Shown in pieces: positions 25,960 to 38,973 of a stretch of DNA of 64,000 bases. Position 1 is the stretch's first letter, and every line of letters begins with the position of its first letter. The translations under genes and the position numbers were made by a program. The notes under the pieces were generated by a model. That model was not told where the DNA came from. It searched no databases and saw only the letters and a list, made by a program, of their open reading frames with translations. Source of the DNA: Dictyostelium discoideum (Eukaryota); assembly GCA_000004695.1 (NCBI GenBank), contig CM000153.2:4256001-4320000 (forward strand), written 5' to 3'.

Positions 25960-26330
25960 AGCAAGTAATCTATATTACATTGATTTAATTTATAAATTTG
26001 ATTTTATAAATAAGAAATAACTTACAAAATTTCAATAAAATATCAATTCCTCTAGAAATGATTCTTTTTTCATAAAATTCTAAAATTAATTTTTTAAAAT
26101 CATTGGAACTTTTATTTGATAGGTATTCTTTTTTTTTTTCAATATTCTTAAAATATAATGCTTTACCACTTCGATCATTATCAGAAATTGATACTAAATT
26201 TTTTGTAATATTATTTTTTAAACATCTTCTTAAAAGTTCAAAAGGTTTATCATATTCAAATCGTGGATATATTTGAATATTTGTGTAAATAAATAGTTTT
26301 TGGTTAATAGAATTTTTATTTGAAAAAAAA
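25380..26330 (-). pseudogene. Degenerate multi-exon gene remnant with recognisable GTAAGT/GTATGT donors
   Basis: Minus-strand segments ...LVSISDNDRSGKALYFKNIEK...GIDILLKFCK|gtaagt, then KVKFKLNRIVTRDEVLKTNLLESW|gtatgt, then RCGTTGHKKANKIDRDFFERIWNQSGRTCFYSGGNSH* followed by frameshifted continuation into the 24420..25360 element. Coding-like composition, but no continuous frame. Confidence 0.25.
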
Positions 26331-26827
26331 AAAAAATAAAAAGAAATTTTTTTTTTTTATTTTTTTTTTATTTTTGTTTAAGAGTAGTTAATTTTTTTTT
26401 ATTTTTTTTATTTTAAATTCTTAAAATATATTTTTATCTATTTTTTTTTGATTAGATATTTTGATCTTCAAATAAAACACAAAAAAAAAATATTTATTAA
26501 ATAATGGATATTAAAAAAAGGAACTTTGGGGAAAAAGTTGAGTTAATTTGGAAAGATATATGATTAGATTTTTATTTAACAAAATATGAAGTTTTATTCA
26601 ATTTCTTTATTAAATATTTAAGCGATATTTTTTTTTTTTTTTTTTGATATTTTGGATATTTTGAAAAATTAAAATATTCAAATGTTATCATATTTCCCTT
26701 AAAAAAAAAAGGATTTTTAAAAAATGTGGGTTGTTTATTATTTGAAAATAATAATATCAAAAGATATTTTAAATTATTTTTTTTATTTTTTTTTTTTTTT
26801 TTCTGGAACCCAAAATCAATTTAAAAC

Positions 26828-26875
<48 letters not shown>

Positions 26876-26915
26876 CTAAAAAAAATCAAAATAAAAAAAA
26901 ATATAAAAATAAAAT

Positions 26916-28908
26916 ATGAAACCAATAGTATTATTAATTTTAATTATAAATTTATTATTGGTTATAAATTTAGTTAAAAGTGATGAAAGTTGTTATTTAT
27001 TAAAACAATCATTATTATTTTATAAAGCTCAAAGAGCAGGTAGATTACCAGATAATGATATTCCATGGAGAGGTAATTCAGTATTAAATGATAAGAGTGC
27101 AGGTTCATCAGTTGATTCAAATGGTGATGGAGATTTATCAAAAGGTTATTTCGATGCTGGTGATGGTGTTAAATTTAACTTTCCAATGGCTTATTCAATG
27201 ACAATGTTGGGTTGGTCCTATTTAGAATATTCTGGAAATATTGAAAAATGTGGTTTAGCTTCACTTTATAAAGAAGTTTTAAAATGGGGTACAGATTTCT
27301 TAATTGCATCACACACATCTGATAATGTTTTTGTAGTTCAAGTTGGTAATGGAGATGTTGATCATTCAGTTTGGCAACCACCAGAAGATATAAACTATGT
27401 CCGTCAAATTTATACCATTGATCCAAGTAATCCAGGTACTGATATTGCAATGGAAGCAGCATCAGCATTGTCAGCAGCATCATTAGTATTTAAAACAAGC
27501 GATCCTACCTATTCAGCCAAATGTTTACAACATGCTCAAAAATTGTATTCATTTGCAATTACATCACAAATGAAAGTTTGTACTGCTTCCAATTTTTACC
27601 AATCATCAGGTTATTGGGATGAAGTTACCTGAGGAAGTATTTGGTTATTCAAGGCAACAAATAATCAAACCTATATGAATAATGCTGCTTTATATTATAC
27701 CTATGATAATACTAGATATGCAAATGAATTTAGTTGGGATAATAAAGGTGTTGGTGCAATGTTATTATTATATCAATTAACAGGTGAATTAAAATATAAA
27801 GATAATTTAGAAGCTGCATTTAATGTTTGGCAACCAGGTAGTACATCAAATGTTATTACATATACAAAAGGTGGTTTAGCTGTAAGAATTTTTTTTTTTT
27901 TAAAAAAACTTATTAATTTACAAAAAAATTTACTAGAATACTAAAACTTTTTTTTTTTTTTTTTATTTTTAAAAAATTAAGTGGTTACGTGAATGGGGTC
28001 CATGCCGTTATTCATTAGTAATGGGATTCCTTCAATCTGTTTATTCAATAAAAAATGGAGGTGATTCAAAATATAATACATTTTATAAAAGTCAATTATC
28101 ATATGTTGTAGGTAATAATACCAATAAGCAATCATTTATTACAGGTTATGGATCAAAAGCACCAAAAAATCCACATCATCGTGCTGCTCATCATTCAACA
28201 ACTAAAGGTAAATTATTAAAATATTAATAATTCTTTTCCAATTCTATAGAGTTAATTTTTTTAATTTTATTAATATTTTTAATTTTTTTTTTTAACATCA
28301 TCAAAGATATCAATAATCCAGTAAATAATACATATCAATTACCAGGAGCTTTAGTTGGAGGACCAGGAAAAAATGATGAATGGTCAGATGATAGATCAAA
28401 CTATGTAACAAATGAAGTTGCATTGGATTATAATGTTGGCCTTGTTGGATCACTCTCTGCATTTGCAACTGGTTCCGAAGCAACCTCATCTTCAACTGGT
28501 TCAACAACCCCATCAACCACTTCAACACAATCAACAACTGGTTCAACCACTACTTCACAACCAACAACTGGTTCTACTACTGCATCTCAATCTACAACTA
28601 GTTCAACTACTGGAACTCAATCAACAACATCAAAGACAACAGCTTCCACTACAGGTTCTCAATCAACAACTACATCTACTACGTCTCAATCAACAACTAG
28701 TTCATCTCAATCAACAACAACATCAAAGACAACAGCTTCCACTACAGGTTCTCAATCTACAACTACATCTCAGTCCACAACAACTTCAAAACTTGGTGAA
28801 TCAGAATCTGATGATCATCTTGGTGACTCTGTTTCCTCATTCATTGGAAGAGCTGATTCAGTTTTGTTAATATTACTTTCATTAATTTCTTTGATTTTTA
28901 ATCTTTAG
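26916..28908 (+). CDS. Glycoside hydrolase family 9 endoglucanase (celA-like cellulase) with an in-frame TGA at 27630..27632; possible pseudogene; exons 26916..27881, 27982..28207, 28307..28908
   Basis: Signal peptide [18 protein letters not shown]9 blocks: [33 protein letters not shown] and a DHSVWQPPE acid/base region. There is a Thr/Ser-rich C-terminal linker and a hydrophobic tail. Introns are GTAAGA at 27882 to AG at 27981, and GTAAAT at 28208 to AG at 28306. The conserved Trp (...DEIAWGSIW in the paralog) is TGA here (...DEVT*GSIW). Confidence 0.6.
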
Positions 28909-29651
28909 AAAAAAAATTTTGTAACAATACATTGAAAATAATAATAATAAAAAAAAAAACATATTTATTAATTTTGGTTTTATCTAAACCTAATATTTTA
29001 TTTGTTTTTTTTTTTTTAATTTTATTTAATTCTTATTTTTTTATTTTATTATTCCCTAAAGAGAACAATTCAAAGTTTTTTTTTTAACTTTATTTAATTT
29101 TTTTTTTTTTTTTTAAAAATAAAAATTAATAATTAATTTATAGATTATGATTTTTTCTATTTATTATAAAATGAAAGTTTAAAAAAATAAGCGAAGTATG
29201 CCCAAATTTTTTTTTTTTTTTTTAATTTTATTTTTAATATAATCATTCTGTTTTTTTTATTCTTATTTTAAAAATGATTTAAAAAAAAAGACAAAAAAAA
29301 AAAAGATTTAATTATTTATCATTTTTTATTTTGAAAAATGACGAGAGGGATAGGGGAATACAATAAAAAAATAGATATCAAAAAAAATGATAAGAATTTT
29401 TTTTTTTAGAATTTAATTATTTAACTAAAAAAAATTTGGAAAACAGAACCATTGAATCTTTTTTTATTTTTACATTCATTTTTTTTATATTTTATATCAT
29501 TTTTAATGTTCTATTTTTATATAATAATCCAATTAAAAGATTTTTTTTTTTTTTTTTTTAACAAATTTGGATGTTTCTTTTATTAGTTTTAAAAAAAAAA
29601 AATAAAATAAAATATTAAAATAAAATAAAGATAAAATAATAAAAAAGAAAA

Positions 29652-29682
<31 letters not shown>

Positions 29683-29900
29683 TCTAAAAATTTCGTACTC
29701 ATTCCGGAGTGCTCGACTTTCGATCTTCATGACACACCCGAATTTATTTTTATTTTTATTTTTTTTTTTTAAAAGTTTATTTTTTTAATTTTTTATTTTT
29801 TATTTTTTTTTTTTTTTTTTGTTTTAAATTAAATTTTAATTTCAATTCATTTTTTTTTTTTAACAAATAAAACAATTATTAAAATAAAAATAAATATAAA

Positions 29901-30175
29901 ATGTCATCTGATAAAGGAACTGAAAGTATGTATTATAAATTTACTATATTTTTTAATTTTTTTTTTTTTTTAAAAAATACTTATTATTTTTTTTTTTTTT
30001 TTTACAAGATAAACCAAAAACCATTAATTTTAATGATGAATTAGATAAAAAAGGTTCTTTCATACGTGTTCAAAGTTCATTCCGTAATTTTATTTCATCA
30101 AATCCAGATGCAGAGTTTAAACCAGAAGCAAATCGTTATCATATTTATATCTCTCTTGCTTGTCCAGTAGGTATT

Positions 30176-30207
<32 letters not shown>

Positions 30208-30791
30208 TATTAATACTAATAATAATTATTAAAATTAGTGGGCATCTTCAGTTTATTTAACTTTAGAAATGAAAGGATTACAAGATGTAATTGGTGTTTC
30301 AATTGTAGATTATTTATTACAAGAGGGTGGTTGGCATTTTTCTGAAAGGGAAGGTTCAACAGTAGATAAAATTAATGGATTCAATTTTTTAAGACAAGTC
30401 TATGAGCTCTCTGATAAAAACTTTAATGGACGTGTTACCGTACCTGTACTTTTTGATACCAAAACTAAAAAGATTGTCAACAATGAATCACCAGAAATCA
30501 TTCGTATGCTCAATAGTGAATTCAATCAATTCGCTAAACATCCAGAAATTGATTTAAACCCAACTGAATTACAAACTCAAATTCAAGAAATCTATGATTT
30601 CATCTATCCAAATATTAACAATGGCGTTTATCGTTGTGGTTTTGCAATCTCTCAAGAAGCTTACTCTGATGCTTTTGAAAAATTATTTAATGCTTTAGAT
30701 AAAGCTGAAGATATCTTATCAAAACAACGTTATTTAGTTGGTTCAAAATTTACTTATGTTGATATTAGGTATGTATATTTTTTTTTTAATA

Positions 30792-30826
<35 letters not shown>

Positions 30827-31138
30827 CTTTTTCATAATACTTACTTTTTTTTTATTTTTTTTTAAAAAAAAAAAAGATTATTTGTCACATTAATTAGATT
30901 TGATTGTGTCTATGTTGGTCATTTCAAATGTAATAAAAAACAAATCAAAGAATATCCAAATCTTTCAAACTTTGTTCGTGAAATCTATCAAATGGAAGGT
31001 ACTAAAAAGACTGTAGACTTTTTCCATATTAAACATCATTATTATGAATCTCATAGAACCATCAATCCATACGGTATCGTTCCAGTTGGTCCAAATATGG
31101 ACTGGGTTAATGAACCACACAACCGTGCAAACCTTTAA
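29901..31138 (+). CDS. Xi-class glutathione transferase / glutathionyl-hydroquinone reductase-like (ECM4/YqjG family); 4 exons 29901..29925, 30009..30166, 30239..30768, 30877..31138
   Basis: Exon junctions have GTATGT, GTAGGT and GTATGT donors and AG acceptors, all phase-consistent. The diagnostic N-terminal motif is RYHIYISLACPWASS (Xi-class CPWA box, cf. YHLYVSxACPWAHR). The central block is GVYRCGFAISQEAYD. The C-terminal exon is LFVTLIRFDCVYVGHFKCNKKQIKEYPNLSNFVREIYQ..., typical of this family. Confidence 0.75.
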
Positions 31139-31301
31139 AAAATTTTCAAGGATAAATAAAAAAAATATATGTATTTAATGTTTACTATTACTACTATTAT
31201 TTGAACCTTTATCAACCAATTATAGTTTGGAATTGTAAAGAATATTAATTTTCTTTATTTGAATTCGAATAAATCTTTTTTAATTTAGATCCAAATTTTT
31301 C

Positions 31302-31332
<31 letters not shown>

Positions 31333-31648
31333 GGATCACATCATGTGTTTAATTATTCTTATCATTAATGATGGTAACTCTACCCCCAAAAAAAAAAAAC
31401 ACAATTAAAAAATAAATCAGGTTCTCATTAGTTGAATGAGATTTTTATTATTTTATTTCTCAAATTTAATTCTTCAATATATATTTTTTTTATTTTTGAC
31501 GGAAATAGTATAACTAATGTACCAAATATGGTAGTATTGGATTTACAAAAATAAAAATAAAAAGATTGTTGGAAAATTTTTAATGGAAAAAAAAAGAAAA
31601 AAAAAATCTAAAAAAGGATCCTTTTATTAATTTGGATTTTGTAATTAT

Positions 31649-32427
31649 TTATTTTTTTTCATTCATAAAATTATTGTTATTGCTACTATCGTTACTATAG
31701 CTATTGTTAATATGATTATTTTGATCATTGTTATTGTTGTTATAATTACCATTATTATTGTTGTGATTATTATGATTATTATTATTATTATTATTATTGT
31801 TATTATTGTTATTATTTTTATTATTATTATTATGATCATTATTGTTGTTATAATAGCTATTATTATTATTATTATTGTAATAGTGATTATGATTATAGTT
31901 ATTGTTGCTGTTATTATTACTATAATTACTATTATTATAATTATTATTATTATTATAATTATTATTATTATTATTATTATAATTATTATTATAATTATTA
32001 TAATTATTATTATAATTATTACTACTATTATAATTATTACTACTGTTATTATAATTATTGCTATTATTATCATTATTATTATTTGGATTATTATTATAAT
32101 TATTACTGCCATTATTATAATTATTACTGTCATTATTATAATTATTACTGCCATTATTATAATTATTGCTATTATTATCATTATTGCTATTATTATCATT
32201 ATTGTTATTATTATTGCTATTGTTATTATTATTATTATTATTATTGTTCTTCTTGGTCGTATTAAAAATATCTAAAATAAGTGATAGGGGAGAAACTAAA
32301 TCATTTGTGAACTTTTGAATTGAGAAATTCTTTGAGAACTCATATAAAAACTTGGCCATATCAAAATAAAACTCGAATTTGGGATTGGACATTAATAAAA
32401 TATCGCTATTATTATTATTATTATTAA

Positions 32428-32520
<93 letters not shown>

Positions 32521-32679
32521 TATTACTGTTATTATTATTACTACTAATGCTATTTCTATTACTACTATTTCTATTACTGCTATTTCTATTTGTGCTATTT
32601 CTATTATTGGTATCATTATTTCCACCATTATTATTTGGATTTGGATTATTATTATTTGGATTATTATTTGGATTTGGAC

Positions 32680-32743
<64 letters not shown>

Positions 32744-33147
32744 TTGATTATTATCACTTCTACTACTACTATTTCTAAGTTTACTATCACCATAGTTATT
32801 ATTTCTAGACTTTGAATTATTTGATGATATGATTGGGATTGGTTTTTTTGTAATTTCTATGAAAATTGGAGTTTTACCAGTTTTAGCAGCAGCCAAATCA
32901 GAACGTGATGATAAATATTTAAAAACTTGATTTCTTAAAATAGTTTGAGAACAATTAAATTTAAAAAAGGTTTCATTTTTATCTTGAAGGAAAGAGTTTA
33001 ATGGATAACATTCTCTATCTGACATTGGTGTTGGATCTAAACAATAATTATATTCAATATAATCTTTACACTCTGATTCATCTTCATTATTATTACTATT
33101 ATTATTATTTTTATTTTTATTTTTATTTTTATTACTATTACTGTATC

Positions 33148-33226
<79 letters not shown>

Positions 33227-36200
33227 TTGATTGTTTTGGTTATTATTGTTATTTTGATTGTTTTGATTATTATTATTTTGATTATTTTGATTATTTTGAT
33301 TATCTTGATTGTTTTGATTATTATTATTTTGATTATTTTGAATATTTTGATTATTTTGATTATTTTGAATATTTTGATTATTTTGATTATTTTGATTATT
33401 TTGATTATTTTGATTATTTTGAATATTATTTTGAATATTTAAATTTTTATAATAATTATTTATGGAATCAGAAAAGAAATGAGTTACTTGAGTAGCAGCA
33501 GATTTCCATAAAAATGTGAAAGCATCTAAATTGAAATTACCATTAATATGATCAACTTTGAAATATTTTAAGAAATTAAAGATAATTTCTTCACTATAGC
33601 TTTGATTAATAAAGATAGAGAATTCTTTTTGTTTTAAAAATGATTGGTCAATATCATCCATCATTACTAAAGAAGTCCAAATTTCATAGAGTTGAAGATG
33701 AGTAACATTTGGTTGATCAACTAAACCAGAATTTAATAAATAAGTGTAATAATCTTGAAAATCTGTTTTCTTCTTTGCAGAGATTGTTGAAAATTCAGAT
33801 TGCTTTGGATAACATGCCATAATTGCCTTATAAAAGTTCATAATTTGATTAAAAGAGTATGGATTCGCTTCTAATAGTTTATCTTTATATAATCTCTCTA
33901 ACAATGGTATTAAAGTACTAATGAACCTATTTGGATTCTCCATATAGTTTAATGTTATTTTTAAAGTTTTTGAAATTTCACAATTATAAGCACTATTAAT
34001 ACCATCCAATTCAAATGGAAGGAAAATCGATTCATTCTCGACTACAAATGATTTTAAAACTTTTTCTGTCACTAAACTTGGATGGGTTTGATGAAATGGT
34101 AATAACTTTTGTGTATATAATTCTACCAATATTTGATTATACATTCTTTTATTTAATGGTGATGACGACGATGATGATGATGACTGATTATTCTTTAAAT
34201 TTAAAACAAGATTTAAATCATCTGGATATAATTTTAAAACTTGATAAATTTCTTCTTCATCAAAATATTCGATTATATCTGAAATTTTATCGAAAAATAT
34301 ATATGGCTGTTGTTTAAATCTTTTTATATTTGATATTTCAATTTCCTTTTTAGATGCATCACTTAATTTACATTCAATAATTAATTGTTGAATATCTTTT
34401 GGTATTTGTATTGAAAATTCACTTGATAATTCTAATAAATCTTTAATTAATCTTAAAATTTCAAATTCTTTATTTGGACTATTATTTGGATTATTTGGAT
34501 TATTATTATTTAGTTCAAATGATGGTAATAATAATTTTAATTTTTCTTTTTCGATGAAATGAATTATACCATTTTTTAAAGATGATCCATCATCGTCATT
34601 ATTACAAAATTTATATAAAATTTCTTCAGTTTCATTTGATTTAAATATAACGAAACAATTTGTTTTATAAAATCTATTTTGTTGATAAGAATCTGTATCA
34701 TCACTTTCAATATCACTTAAACAATTGTTTCTTTCCTCTTCTTGATGTTGTTGTTGTTTTTTTTGTTCAATTTTATAAGCTCTAATTCTATTTAATGAAT
34801 TAATTGGTAATATTTCTTTAAATAATTTAATATTCATTTTTAAACCACCACCACCATCACCACTACCACTACTATTATTTTCATAATGATCATTAGAAAT
34901 TAATTTATCATTTGATATATCAATGAAATTATTTAAATAATGTTTTTCATAATTAATTGAACCTTGAATTTCTTGAAAATGTTTTCTTTTTTTTATACCT
35001 TGAAGTTGTTGTTGTTTTAATAATTTTCTTTGTTGTTGTTTTTCTTGTCTTTTCAATTGTTTTTTCAATTGTTTTTGTTGTAATCTTTCAAGTTTTTGTT
35101 GTTGTTCCAATTGTAATTGTTTTTGATATTGTTGATGTTGTTGCCTTGATTTTAAATTTAAATTTTTCTTTTCTTCATTATATTTCTTTATTACTTTTGT
35201 TCTCTTTTCAATTCTACGTCTTGCTCTATATCTTTTAGTTTCTTCATCTTCACTCGACGCTTCTGGTTTTATTAAATCACTATTATAAAAATTATTTAAT
35301 TCACCACCATCATCATCATCACCATAATCTTCATCATCATCACTTGTACAATAATTTTGTTGTTCTTGTTTAATTTTATTTTTATTCTTATTCTTATTAT
35401 TATTATTATTACCTTGATTTTCTTCACCTATATCACCATTACCAAATTGATTTTCTTCAATGTCATCGTCATCATCATCATCGTCATCAATATCAGAACT
35501 ACTATCACTACTTATACTACTTAAACTACTTTCATCACCTGATGATTCTACTAATATTCCTTCTACTTTTTCTTGATAATTTAATTCTGCTAAATATATA
35601 TAAAATTCCATTGAATCTTCCAATGAAATTGATTTCAATTTCTCATAAATTAATTTATCTCTACCTTTTAAATCTTTTGTTGATTTAATTGATTCCTGAC
35701 TATCTAAAATATAAACTAATTTTAAATTTTTTTCATTTTCTTCTTCTTCTTCTTCCTCGTCTTCAACTTCTTCTTGTTGTTGTTGTTGTTGATTTGATAA
35801 TAAATTATTTAATTCTTTTTTAATTTCAAATATATTTTCATTTTCTTTAAAAACTTTAAAAAATAATAAAACTCCATATTCATTATCATTATTTTCTTGA
35901 TAATCGTCAATAACTATAACTTCATTCTCCATTTTCATCTTTTCTTCAACTTGTTCTTTCTCCTCTTCTTTTTCTTCTTTTTCTTCTTTTATTTTACAAT
36001 TATCATTATTTAAACCATTGAAAACTATTTTAATTTTCTGATTTGAATCTAAAGGTAAAAGTATAAATAAATCACCAATTTCAATCTCTTTTTTAAATTT
36101 ATTATTGTCTACTATATCATCATATTGTTGCTGATGTTGTTCTTGTTCTTGTTCTTGTTCTTGTTCTTGTTGTTGTTCTTGTTGTTTTTGTTGTTTTTGT

Positions 36201-36809
36201 TGCTGCTTTAATTTTGAAAATAAAATCTCTGCTGAAGATTTGTATAAAAATAATTTTTGAGACCTTATATCTATTAAATGTTGATATTTCTCTATCCCAA
36301 ATTCTTTAGTGATGCTATTTATGGTTAAATCTTTGATTAAATTCTCCTTAAAATCAACTTTAAAATCTTTTGATATTTCGTAAATGGGAAAATTGGGTTC
36401 TAAAAATCGGAATTTTTTACGAAAAATTGAAAAAAAATGAAAAAGTTAGATAAAATTCGCCATCGATTTCAAAAAAAAAAAAAAAACCAATTGTTTTTTG
36501 ATTTTTGAATTTTTTTTTTTTTTTTTTTTTTTTTTAATCCTTACCTTTGAAATGAGTAATATTTTGAATATCTGATTCTATAAATTTTAAAAGTTTTTCT
36601 TGAGTTTCGAATTCAAGATTTATTGATTTACAACTTGTTGTTAGTGTTGTAATTGATATTAATGAGGAACCTTTTTCATAATTGAGTTCACTTGTGAATG
36701 TGTGGTTTTTATTTATAAACTTTTGAAAATCTTCATCAATTTCTTTGAAATTTGAAAATTGTAATAGTTTTGTAATCTCTTTATATTCACCATCTTTTGA
36801 GTCAACCAT
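31649..36809 (-). CDS. Very large (about 1670 aa) Asn/Gln-rich hypothetical protein; exons 36809..36545 and 36399..31649
   Basis: Exon 1 (the 36534..36809 ORF) ends ...NITHFK with a GTAAGG donor. TTTTTAG acceptor at 36401/36400. Exon 2 is open from 36399 through the track ORF 31649..35938 (frame checked: 36397-35938 is divisible by 3, no stops in the hand translation). It contains poly-N tracts of more than 40 residues, QNN/NNQ 9-bp repeats, acidic runs and a KR-rich coiled-coil-like segment. Confidence 0.55.
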
Positions 36810-36995
36810 TGTATTTGTATTTATTTTTTATTTTTTTTTATTTTGTTTTTTTTTATTTTTTTCGTTGGAATAAAGAATTTAAAATTAAATGTGTTATATG
36901 TGTTATATATGTATATATATATGTCTAATTTAAATTAAAATCATATCAACTTTTTTTTTAAGTTTAAAGTTAGTAGTTGGTAAGGTGTTGGAATA

Positions 36996-37051
<56 letters not shown>

Positions 37052-37464
37052 AAAAAAAAAATTTGAAATTGTTTGAAAAAAAAAAAAAAAAAAAAAAAAA
37101 TAAAAAAAAAAAAAATATCTTCGTTTTTTACAAAAAAAAATATTTTCGTTCGTAGAGAGGTTATTTTTAGTTTTTTTTTTTTTTTTTTATTTTTTTTTTT
37201 TTTTAAATCAAAATTTTTGTGCGATTAAACAAAATTTTATTTGTTTTTTTATTTTCCAAGATTAATAGTAATAACCAAAGTAGTATTAATATCAACATAT
37301 ATAATTAATTAAAAAAAAAAAAAAAAAAAAAAATCAACATTTACGATCCGATACTTTAATTATAAAATTTTTTTTTTTTTTTTGGGCTTTTTCTTTAAAA
37401 AAAAAAATAAAAAAAAATAAAAAAAAATAAAAAAAAAAGTTGTGCGGATTTAAAATTTTTTTTT

Positions 37465-38775
37465 TTAATTTTTAGTAATATTATATAAAACTTCTTTATT
37501 AGTGATTCCATTTTGGTTAACTTGAATAATTTTAGTTTTAAATGATGAAATTTTTAAATTATCATTTGAAGTTATAATTTCATTAATTTCATTAATATCA
37601 TTTTTAAAATAATTTAATGGATAAGAATTTGTATTTAATAATCTAACACTATAATGAATAATTGTATCATTATTTAAAAGAATAAATTTTAAAAGATTTA
37701 ATGAATTGAAATTTACAATTTTTAAAGTTTTAATTGATTTATTATTTGAAATTAAACAAGCAATAATTGGAATTGATGAATCTGATATTAAATTTTCATT
37801 ATAATTCTCTGTTGAACATTTATTATTAATTCTTAATGAATTTAAATTTTTATGATATCGAAATTGATCTTTTAATAATTCCCAATAAAATAAAAATGAT
37901 TCATCCTCATTATCATTATATATTATACTATTACAATCACATTCTAATGATGGATAGAATTGCTGTTGTGGTTGTTTATTTAAATAAAAATCAAGTTTAT
38001 TTAAACATAAATCAATATTTAAAAATTTTAAATTTGGTGATGATGATAAGATATAATAGAGTTCTTCGATTGTTATATCCTCATTTGTGGATTTAAATGT
38101 TTTAAGTGATTGAGTTTTATTTAAATTAAATTCATTATCATAAAATAATTGTTTATATGGGAATCTATTAAATAGACTAACGATTTCAATATGTTTTGGA
38201 ATAGATTTAAATGGTTTTAAATTTTTTAAAACATTTATTATATTTGAACAATTATCAACTCTTAAAAAGAAAATTGATTTTATATTAGTGATATCAAACA
38301 TTTTCAAATATTCATCATTTAAATCATTTAAATTTAAAAATTGAATTTTAATATTACTGAATTTTAATTTACTAATTATTGATAGAAATAGTGGTGAAGA
38401 TAATGAATTTATAATTTTAATTTTTTTTAAATTTTCCATTGATTTCTCCTCAATTAATTTATTTAATTTTAATAATTCCAATAATTGATTATCAAGTATT
38501 CTAATTGATTCTATATTATTTTTTTTAAAAATTGACCATTCTTTTGAAATATTAAATAAACAATTAACATCACCAATGGTTTTAATATTATTTGAAACAA
38601 TTAAAAACCAATCTTTTGATACAAATGAAATATTAAAAATTAATTTTTTAATAATTTCATTGGTTTTTTCAAATTCTTGAATACTACATAATAATTTTTT
38701 TTTATTTTTTTTATTTATAAAATTACAAATTAATTTAATTATTAATTTTTGTAAATAATTTGATAATATAATCAT
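37465..38775 (-). CDS. Hypothetical 436-aa protein, possible F-box-like N-terminus and LRR-like body
   Basis: Uninterrupted ORF. The N-terminal ...IIKKLIFNISFVSKDWFLIVSN resembles an F-box-like motif. The remainder is Leu/Asn/Ile-rich and repetitive. Confidence 0.45.
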   Translation of the reverse strand: MIILSNYLQKLIIKLICNFINKKNKKKLLCSIQEFEKTNEIIKKLIFNISFVSKDWFLIVSNNIKTIGDVNCLFNISKEWSIFKKNNIESIRILDNQLLELLKLNKLIEEKSMENLKKIKIINSLSSPLFLSIISKLKFSNIKIQFLNLNDLNDEYLKMFDITNIKSIFFLRVDNCSNIINVLKNLKPFKSIPKHIEIVSLFNRFPYKQLFYDNEFNLNKTQSLKTFKSTNEDITIEELYYILSSSPNLKFLNIDLCLNKLDFYLNKQPQQQFYPSLECDCNSIIYNDNEDESFLFYWELLKDQFRYHKNLNSLRINNKCSTENYNENLISDSSIPIIACLISNNKSIKTLKIVNFNSLNLLKFILLNNDTIIHYSVRLLNTNSYPLNYFKNDINEINEIITSNDNLKISSFKTKIIQVNQNGITNKEVLYNITKN

Positions 38776-38805
38776 TTATTTTAAAATTTTTTTTTTTAAA
38801 TAAAT

Positions 38806-38844
<39 letters not shown>

Positions 38845-38973
38845 ATTGTCAATTTAAAAAAAAAAAGAAAAAAATTTAAATTAAAATAAAATTTTTGACC
38901 AAGACCCGCAACCAAAAAAAAAAAATAAAAAATAAAAAATTGTTTGTTTGTTAATTTATTTTATTTAAATAGT

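Noticed and set aside
30769-30865. C-terminal tail of track ORF 30269..30865 ([31 protein letters not shown])
   Set aside because: This is read-through into the third intron of the GST-Xi gene. A GTATGT donor at 30769 and an AG acceptor at 30876 restore a conserved C-terminal exon.
31663-33495. Multiple + and - strand ORFs (poly-I, poly-Y, poly-L, 60-187 aa) inside the giant N-rich gene
   Set aside because: Alternative-frame readings of AAT/ATT/TAT repeats within the 31649..35938 coding exon.
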